Assembly (NCBI GenBank): GCA_963727625.1
Contig: CAVSHR010000005.1
Location: 512,001-576,000, forward strand
Origin: an uncultured delta proteobacterium
GTDB lineage: Bacteria > Desulfobacterota > Binatia > UBA9968
Length of the DNA: 64,000 bases
Reading direction: 5' to 3'
Position 1 is the stretch's first letter, and each line of letters begins with the position of its first letter. The notes under the pieces were generated by a model, which saw only the letters and a list, made by a program, of their open reading frames with translations, was not told where the DNA came from and ran no database searches. The position numbers were made by a program, and so were the translations under genes. Below, one piece after another: positions 57,445 to 64,000 of the stretch.

Positions 57445-58080
57445 ATGAACGTCAACGAACTCGCTATTAAAAAGACCGGCCTGCTGTTCTTCGACATGCT
57501 GAACGTTTATTACCACGGCGCGCCGGAGGCGACCAAAAAGCGCATGAAACCGATGGTCGACAACGCCGTGCGCTTGATGAACGGTGCGCGGCAGGCGGCG
57601 ATGCCGATTTTTTACGCCCTAGCCAACCACCGCCCGGACGGCGAGAGCCGGAGCTTGATTGTCACCGACACCGACATGCGGCTTCGCCCCTGGCCAAACG
57701 ATGACTGCAACCCCACGGTCCACGGCGCCACCGAAGGTTCTTGGGAGCAAAAAGTGATCGCTGAAATCGCTCCGCAAGCACAGGACTACGTCATTCCCAA
57801 ATTCCGCTGGAGCACTTTTCACCAAACCTATTTTGATCTCGCGCTGCGCTCGCGCGCCATTGATACTTTGATCATCTCCGGGGGCGCCGTCGATGTCGGC
57901 GTGGCATCGACCGTCTATTCGGCGCGGGATCACGACTACAACGTCATTGTCGTGCGCGACGCGTGCAGCAACTCCCACGAGGACTCCATGGCTGCTTTCA
58001 TGAACACCGTTTTCCCGCGCATGGCCCGAGTGAGGACGACCGACGAGGTCTTGGAAATGATTCGAAAAGGGGCAAAGTAA
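57445..58080 (+). CDS. Isochorismatase-like hydrolase
   Basis: LLFFDMLN, PKFRWSTF, VASTVYSARDHDY, VVRDAC. Confidence 0.88.
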   Translation: MNVNELAIKKTGLLFFDMLNVYYHGAPEATKKRMKPMVDNAVRLMNGARQAAMPIFYALANHRPDGESRSLIVTDTDMRLRPWPNDDCNPTVHGATEGSWEQKVIAEIAPQAQDYVIPKFRWSTFHQTYFDLALRSRAIDTLIISGGAVDVGVASTVYSARDHDYNVIVVRDACSNSHEDSMAAFMNTVFPRMARVRTTDEVLEMIRKGAK

Positions 58081-58173
58081 ACCGACTGACGGGAGGCGAA
58101 TCGGATTCTTTAACCGCCGCTAAATATTTCCGCCGTCCCAACGTCTAACAATCAATGAGAGCGGCGAGATAAT

Positions 58174-58553
58174 ATGAGTGATTTGAAATCCTTACGGTTC
58201 ATCTGCACCTGGGCACTGATCGCCGCAGTGCTATTTCCCCTGACGGTCTAGGCTCAAACCGCGCCCGCGCCCGAAAAGCAAAAGATCGAAACCTTGATCA
58301 AAGAGGTCGGCGATCTCAAAGCGCCAAATTCATCCGCAACGGCTGGACCTACGAAGTATCCACCGCGACCCGTTTTCTTCGCGGGATATGGGAAGCTAAC
58401 GATGCAAGCATAAAAACCGCCCCGGACTTTATCGCTAGGGTCGCTAGTACTTCGGGCACCACAGGACAACCTTATTTGATTCGATTTAAAGACGGCCGTG
58501 AGATCACGAGTTGCGACTTTTTGCTCGCGGGGCTCAAAAAGCGCGAAATTTGA
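58174..58553 (+). pseudogene. DUF5329/YfeK-like exported protein pseudogene
   Basis: Signal peptide interrupted by TAG, frameshift before AKFIRNG, then DFIARVAS.SGTTGQPYLIRFKDG. Confidence 0.75.
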
Positions 58554-58689
58554 TAACCTGATTCAGCCGGAATAAGCTCATTAACAAATCGCTCGTCGCC
58601 CCACCCGATTGGCAATAAGTCGGGGTAGCTGCCGCGATATTGACCGCGTTTTCGCGCGATTGATTGATTCGAAAACGAGGCAAACAATA

Positions 58690-58802
58690 ACAAAACCTGT
58701 TTTGCTCGAACCGCCCTCCTCTTTGTGGCTTCCAATGTCTTCATGGCTTTCGCCTGGTATGAGCTTCTTAAAGATCTCAACGATCTAAAATGGTATAATT
58801 GA
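58690..58802 (+). pseudogene. N-terminal remnant of a small DMT-family (SNxFMxFAWY) membrane protein
   Basis: RTALLFVASNVFMAFAWYELLKDLNDLKWYN*. Confidence 0.6.
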
Positions 58803-58936
58803 ACCCTTGTGAACAGCGGAACACTGCCTGGTCCGAGTCACCCGCTCCGCCTGCCGGCCAACCGGACCGTTAACTAAGTTAAATTTCAGAAAAACGAATA
58901 AGGCTGGAACCCACCGGTCAGGAGACCCTGGTGGAA

Positions 58937-59878
58937 CTATGCGTCCTGGCTTTCCAGATACCTCTCGGCATCGATCGCCGCCATGCAACCGGTTCCCGCG
59001 GCCGTGATCGCCTGGCGGTAAATGTGATCCTGCACATCGCCGCAGGCGAAGACACCGGCTACGTCGGTCTTGGTGCCGTCGTGGGTGAGGATGTAGCCCG
59101 TCGGGTCGAGCTCCAATTGTCCAATGAACAATTTTGAGTTGGGCTCGTGGCCGATGGCGATGAAGAGGCCGTCGCACTTGAAGTCTTCGCTTTTGCCGGT
59201 CTTTAGGTTTTTCAGCGTGACCCCTTTCACGCCACCAGCTTTGACATGACCGTGAACTTCCTCCACCACGCTATCCCAGATAAACGAGATCTTGGGGTTA
59301 TTCTCAGCTCGGTCCTGCATAATCTTCGAAGCCCGCAATTTATCGCGCCGGTGCACGACGGTGACCTTGGAGGCAAACTTCGTCAAAAATGTCGCCTCCT
59401 CCATTGCGGTATCGCCGCCGCCTACGACGACCAGCTCCTTGTCTTTGAAGAAAAAACCGTCGCAGGTCGCGCAAGCCGACACCCCGTAGCCCATGAGCTT
59501 CATCTCCGACTCCAAGCCCAATAGCTTGGCCGTCGCCCCGGTGGCGATGATCAACGCATCGCAACTATACTTTTCTTTCCCAACCGCAATCTCGAAGGGC
59601 TGCTTCTTCAGATCCACCGCGGTCACCTCACCGAAAATGGTTTCCGTGCCGAAGCGAGCGGCCTGTTTTTTGAATTCTGCCATCAAGTCCGGCCCCATGA
59701 TGCCTTTGGGAAAGCCCGGGTAGTTCTCTACGTCGGTCGTGATGGTAAGCTGGCCTCCGGGCTGAGAGCCCTCGATTACGAGCGGCTGAAGATCAGCGCG
59801 GGCAGCGTAGATGGCGGCGGTGAGCCCCGCGGCGCCGGAACCCAAGATGATGACACGATAATGGCTTTTTTTATCCAT
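58937..59878 (-). CDS. trxB: Thioredoxin-disulfide reductase
   Basis: GSGAAG, CATCDGFF, GGGDTA, YRQAITAAG. Confidence 0.97.
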   Translation of the reverse strand: MDKKSHYRVIILGSGAAGLTAAIYAARADLQPLVIEGSQPGGQLTITTDVENYPGFPKGIMGPDLMAEFKKQAARFGTETIFGEVTAVDLKKQPFEIAVGKEKYSCDALIIATGATAKLLGLESEMKLMGYGVSACATCDGFFFKDKELVVVGGGDTAMEEATFLTKFASKVTVVHRRDKLRASKIMQDRAENNPKISFIWDSVVEEVHGHVKAGGVKGVTLKNLKTGKSEDFKCDGLFIAIGHEPNSKLFIGQLELDPTGYILTHDGTKTDVAGVFACGDVQDHIYRQAITAAGTGCMAAIDAERYLESQDA

Positions 59879-60005
59879 CCAGTTTCTGTAACATAATAAA
59901 TTCCACGCAGAAAGGAAGCTCGCCTGACGAGTCCATCGGCGACAAGAAGGATTCTGGGCGAGGCAACTTCGGCGCGATCAAGTTGGGAGTGAAAGCGGGT
60001 TATTC

Positions 60006-60485
60006 ATGGCACAACTGAGTCATTTAGACGAACACGGGCGCGCGCGTATGGTCGATGTCAGCGACAAGGACATCACCAGCCGCATCGCGGTGGCGCGCGG
60101 CACGATTCACATGCGCGCAAAAACCTTGGAGCTTATTTTGAAAGACAAAATTGAAAAGGGCGACGTCTTCTCCGTGGCCCGAGTTGCCGGAATCATGGCG
60201 GCAAAGAAAACCTCGGAGCTGGTGCCCATGTGTCATCCGCTGAGCATCACCTCGGTAGAAATCGACCTGACTCCGGGAAAGAAGCCTCCGCGCGTCGACA
60301 TCGAAGCCTTGGTTCGAGTGAGCGGAAAGACCGGCGTGGAGATGGAAGCGCTCACCGCCGTGTCGGTGGCCGGCCTAACGATTTATGACATGTGCAAAGC
60401 GGTCGACCGCGAGATGACCCTCGGCGAAATTCGCCTGGTTGAAAAGAGCGGCGGCAAAAGCGGGACTTTTATCAGAAAAGAGTAG
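60006..60485 (+). CDS. moaC: Cyclic pyranopterin monophosphate synthase MoaC
   Basis: [29 protein letters not shown]. Confidence 0.97.
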   Translation: MAQLSHLDEHGRARMVDVSDKDITSRIAVARGTIHMRAKTLELILKDKIEKGDVFSVARVAGIMAAKKTSELVPMCHPLSITSVEIDLTPGKKPPRVDIEALVRVSGKTGVEMEALTAVSVAGLTIYDMCKAVDREMTLGEIRLVEKSGGKSGTFIRKE

Positions 60486-60504
60486 CCCTCAGACAGCAGA
60501 AAAT

Positions 60505-60560
60505 TTTTGACCCTTTGAACGTTTTGAACGGCTTGATCGATATGAACGACAAGGTTCAAT
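60505..60560. repeat. Short intergenic TTGAACG-type repeat cluster (REP-like)
   Basis: TTTGAACGTTTTGAACGGCTTGATCGATATGAACG...GTTCAA with about 9-bp periodicity. Confidence 0.4.
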
Positions 60561-60608
60561 AAAGAGCATTCCGCCAACCGGCCAAGTTATCTTTGATAGT
60601 TAGCGCCC

Positions 60609-61784
60609 ATGCAGCACATTTACCTGAAACAAGGCCGGGAGCGTCCCGTGCTCAATGGCCACCCGTGGATTTTCTCCGGTGCCATCGAAAAAATTGATGG
60701 CGACGCCCAATCGGTCGGCATTGCCGACGTTTTCGACAGCAAAAAGAATTGGCTTGCCCGAGGCTACTATAATCCGAAATCTCAGATCAGCGTCCGGGTT
60801 CTGACCCGGCAGAAGCAAACCATCGACAGCGATTTCTTCGCGCGCCGGTTGCGCAACGCCCTCGCCCTGCGCCAACGCCCTCGCCCTGCCGGCACCACGG
60901 CCTATCGAATCGTTAACGGTGAAGGTGATTTTTTACCGGGCCTGATTGTCGATCGCTACGCCGGCTTTCTCGTCTGCCAGTTCTACACCGCGGGACTGGC
61001 GCAATTCAGGCAAGAGATCCTCGACGCGCTAAGCTCATGCGAATCGATCGATGGTATCTTCGAACGCACCGAAGGCCGGGTCGGCGATGAAGAAGGGCTC
61101 GAACCGTCGGTTGGCACCATCCGCGGCGAGGCGCCACCGGAAACAATTGAAATAGAGGAAAACGGCCAGAAATTTCTAGTCGATCCGCGGCGCGGCCAGA
61201 AAACCGGCTTCTTTCTCGACCAGCGCGACAATCGCGCATTTTTCTCGACGCTCAGCCGTGACCGCGCGGTTCTCAATTGCTTTGCCTACACCGGCGGTTT
61301 TTCCGTCTTCGCATTCGCCGGCGGCGCCAAGGAAGTCGTCACCTTCGATTCTTCCAAGCCGGCCTTGGAGCTCGCCGAGCGAAATCTTGATCTCAACGGC
61401 TTCGCCAACGCGCCGGGCGAGCTGCTTAAAGGCGACGCCTTCGCCTATTTAAAAGAGATCGACAGGAAGTTCGACGCCATCGTCTTGGATCCGCCGTCTT
61501 TAGCGCATAAGAAAAATGATATCGACGCTGCCGCCGGCGGCTATAAGTTTCTCAACCTGCACGCGTTCAAACATCTCAATCCGGGCGGTTTGCTGCTGAC
61601 TTTTTCTTGCTCTCAACATGTTTCTTCGGACCTCTTTCAAAAAATCGTCTTCGGCGCTGCCGTCGATGCGCAAAGTACGGTCACGATCGTCAAGCGCTTG
61701 GGCCAGCCCATCGATCACCCCGTAAGCCTCCATCACCCCGAAGGCGAGTATCTAAAAGGGCTCGCACTCCGCGTATTGGACTAA
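60609..61784 (+). CDS. rlmI: Class I SAM-dependent rRNA methyltransferase, RlmI-like
   Basis: GHPWIFS, EGDFLPGLIVDRY, GQKTGFFLDQR, LDPP, EGEYLKG. Confidence 0.85.
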   Translation: MQHIYLKQGRERPVLNGHPWIFSGAIEKIDGDAQSVGIADVFDSKKNWLARGYYNPKSQISVRVLTRQKQTIDSDFFARRLRNALALRQRPRPAGTTAYRIVNGEGDFLPGLIVDRYAGFLVCQFYTAGLAQFRQEILDALSSCESIDGIFERTEGRVGDEEGLEPSVGTIRGEAPPETIEIEENGQKFLVDPRRGQKTGFFLDQRDNRAFFSTLSRDRAVLNCFAYTGGFSVFAFAGGAKEVVTFDSSKPALELAERNLDLNGFANAPGELLKGDAFAYLKEIDRKFDAIVLDPPSLAHKKNDIDAAAGGYKFLNLHAFKHLNPGGLLLTFSCSQHVSSDLFQKIVFGAAVDAQSTVTIVKRLGQPIDHPVSLHHPEGEYLKGLALRVLD

Positions 61785-61866
61785 TTGGCGCGCCTTGTGG
61801 TAGACCATTTCGTCGACCCCCTATCGGCATTCGAACGCGTTCAATGCCTGCCACCGCGAGGTGCCC

Positions 61867-62559
61867 ATGGCCGCCTATCAGACCATCAAGGATTGGCCCG
61901 AGGAAGACCGTCCGAGAGAAAAACTCCTCGCCAGAGGCTCGCAAACCTTAACCGAGACGGAGCTTTTGGCGATTATCCTACGAAACGGCAACGCCAGCAC
62001 CGGCGAAAGTGCCCTCGACCACGCCCGTCTGCTGTTAAATCAATTCGGCGGCCTCAAAGGCATCGACGACGCGTCGGTCGCCGAGATTGGCAAGGTCAAA
62101 GGCATCGGCCCCGCCAAGATCGCGCAGATCAAAGCCTGCTTGGAAATCGCCAAGCGGGTGGGCGCGCAAAAATGGGAAACCGGGCAACCGCTCCGTTCCG
62201 CCGAGGATGTCTATCATCATTTCCGCGAGAATCTCGGCAGAGAGAAACGCGAGCTCTTCTATGTCGTCCTGCTCAACAACAAAAATCGCAAAATCCGCGA
62301 GGTCAAAATCTCCGAAGGGTCGCTCACTGCATCCCTCGTCCACCCACGCGAAGTTTATAATCCGGTGATCCGCGAATCCGCCGCCGGGGTGATTTTTGTG
62401 CACAATCACCCGAGCGGCGACCCGGCCCCGAGCCCCGAAGATATCGACATCACCCGCCGGCTAAAAGAAGTCGGCGAAGTCATGGGCGTGCGCGTGCTCG
62501 ATCATGTGGTCATCGGCCACGACCGATTCTTTAGTTTCAGCGACAAGGGAATGCTCTAG
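61867..62559 (+). CDS. radC: RadC-like JAB domain protein
   Basis: RPREKL, GIGPAK, VHPREV, HNHPSGD, LDHVVI. Confidence 0.93.
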   Translation: MAAYQTIKDWPEEDRPREKLLARGSQTLTETELLAIILRNGNASTGESALDHARLLLNQFGGLKGIDDASVAEIGKVKGIGPAKIAQIKACLEIAKRVGAQKWETGQPLRSAEDVYHHFRENLGREKRELFYVVLLNNKNRKIREVKISEGSLTASLVHPREVYNPVIRESAAGVIFVHNHPSGDPAPSPEDIDITRRLKEVGEVMGVRVLDHVVIGHDRFFSFSDKGML

Positions 62560-62646
62560 TTCGCCCAAGAAGCTCTCACGGTTTGCGTTTATCCGCGCCA
62601 AATGACTTACGCGTAAGTGAAAATCCAAAGCTCCGGTCGAGTTTTG

Positions 62647-62675
62647 TTGACTTCGCCGGCCCCCCCGTTTATTCT
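62647..62675 (+). promoter_or_regulatory. Sigma-70 promoter of the M23 gene
   Basis: TTGACT-N17-TATTCT. Confidence 0.55.
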
Positions 62676-62720
62676 CGAGAAAGATTCATTCCGTCACCAC
62701 ACCCTCCATATTAAATAATT

Positions 62721-64000
62721 ATGAGCGCTCTAGAAATTGGCAGACCAAAAAGGCGGCTTCTCCCCGGCCGCGGTTTTTTCTTAGTGTTGCTGGTCATTTT
62801 GCTCGTCGGCGGCGGCTATCTCGTCCTGCCGCGCTTCGAGTGGTACAAACCGCAAATAAAAATTACCCCCGATACGGATGTCATCGGTCTCGGCGCCCTC
62901 GAGATCGAAGCGAGCGATCGCGGTAGCGGTTTAAAATCTTTCAACGTGAGTTTAAAATCCGGCGGCTCCGATATTCCGCTCCTTGCCGAACAGTACGACC
63001 AGTCGGTCATGCAGAAAAAGTTTACTCTGGCGCTCACGTCGAAACTCACGGGTTTGAAAGAAGGTCCGGCCGTGCTCAGGATCAGCGCCCGCGACCGTTC
63101 GCTCTGGAGCTTCTTTCGCGGCAACGAGGGCGTACTGCAAAAAAACGTCACCATCGATATTACGCCGCCGACCATCGAGCTCATCGCCGATGATCGTTAC
63201 GTGAACTTCGGCGGTGTCGGGATGATCGTTTACAAACCATCGGCCGATACCGTCACCACCGGCGTCAAGATCGGCGGCTATTTTTTTCCCGGTTACAAGG
63301 ATCAAATCAAGGAGCATCCGGATTACTACATCGCCTTCTTCGCTCACCCTTACAATGTCGGGCCAGAGGAAAAGGCGATGCTCGTCGCCGCCGACAAAGC
63401 CGGCAACTCAAGAGAGATGCGGCTTGTCTACGAGCTCAAAAATGTCCGCTACAAAAAGAGTACAATCCCGATTTCCGATGCGTTTATCGAGTCCAAGGTC
63501 GCGCCGCTGTTGAGCGACGTGGGCGCGCGTAAAGGCAGCCCAAAAGATGTGTTTATCAAGGTCAATCGCGACCTCAGAAAAGAAAACGAAGAAAAAATCA
63601 AATCGATAACGCTCAAGTCAACGCCAAAGATACTTTGGAACGGCGCGTTTCGTCAGCTGAGCAATTCCAAAGTCGAGGCCAATTTTGCCGATGCGCGAAC
63701 CTATACGTATAAAGACGAAGTCATCGATCATGCTCATCATCTCGGTTACGATCTGTCGGTTACCAAACATTACCCGGCCGAGGCAGCCAATAGCGGCGTG
63801 GTGGCCTTTGTCGGCGACCTCGGCATTTACGGCAACACGGTGATCATCGATCACGGTTTGGGGCTGTTTACCCTGTACTCGCATTTGAGTTCTATCGACG
63901 TGAAAGTCGGCGACCAGATCAACCGGGGAAAAGCCCTAGGCAAAACAGGTGATACCGGGCTTGCCGTTGGGGATCATCTGCATTTCGGCGTCTATCTTCA
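62721..64000 (+). CDS. Membrane-anchored M23 family metallopeptidase (runs off the window end; absent from the ORF track)
   Basis: MSALEIGRPKRR + TM; HLGYD, YGNTVIIDHG, LYSHL, GDHLHF zinc motifs. Confidence 0.92.
   Translation, partial: MSALEIGRPKRRLLPGRGFFLVLLVILLVGGGYLVLPRFEWYKPQIKITPDTDVIGLGALEIEASDRGSGLKSFNVSLKSGGSDIPLLAEQYDQSVMQKKFTLALTSKLTGLKEGPAVLRISARDRSLWSFFRGNEGVLQKNVTIDITPPTIELIADDRYVNFGGVGMIVYKPSADTVTTGVKIGGYFFPGYKDQIKEHPDYYIAFFAHPYNVGPEEKAMLVAADKAGNSREMRLVYELKNVRYKKSTIPISDAFIESKVAPLLSDVGARKGSPKDVFIKVNRDLRKENEEKIKSITLKSTPKILWNGAFRQLSNSKVEANFADARTYTYKDEVIDHAHHLGYDLSVTKHYPAEAANSGVVAFVGDLGIYGNTVIIDHGLGLFTLYSHLSSIDVKVGDQINRGKALGKTGDTGLAVGDHLHFGVYL

Noticed and set aside
59915-59970. 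Hammerhead-like sequence (CTGACGA-GTC...GAC) or Moco riboswitch upstream of moaC
   Set aside because: The required GAAA after stem II reads AAGA and there is no valid NUH site; Moco motif elements are not recognisable
61867-62559. radC as a marker of a mobile element
   Set aside because: Full-length chromosomal type with an N-terminal helix-hairpin-helix region among housekeeping genes; no integrase, att site or tRNA seen

Overview
64 kb of a GC-rich bacterial chromosome. Gene content (NMT1/SsuA-type solute-binding proteins, bicupin, UbiD, VOC and FAH paralogs, sigma-54 regulators) suggests a deltaproteobacterium such as Candidatus Binatia; this is inference. Housekeeping blocks (rmuC-aguAB, mazG, ssb-plsC-rnj-ftsK-lolA-rimO-dksA, hisF, trxB-moaC-rlmI-radC-M23) alternate with accessory ones: an eroded aromatic-CoA island (PaaK-like ligase, hcrCAB-like molybdoenzyme, acyl-CoA ligase, UbiD), a GlrK-QseG-GlrR-like triad, a small sigma-54 envelope module, and a run of tandem paralog pairs. 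The best candidate for an undescribed system is at 43.3-47.4 kb: two paralogous cassettes, each a lipoprotein plus a secreted small beta-rich protein, flank an intramembrane-type histidine kinase and NarL/LuxR regulator. They share an operator motif placed upstream of one cassette's candidate promoter but over the other's, suggesting a paralog switch. Second best is a signal-peptide uORF whose stop codon begins a hairpin sequestering the terC Shine-Dalgarno. No tRNA, rRNA, CRISPR array, integrase or transposase was seen. All calls come from motif recognition; no searches were run.
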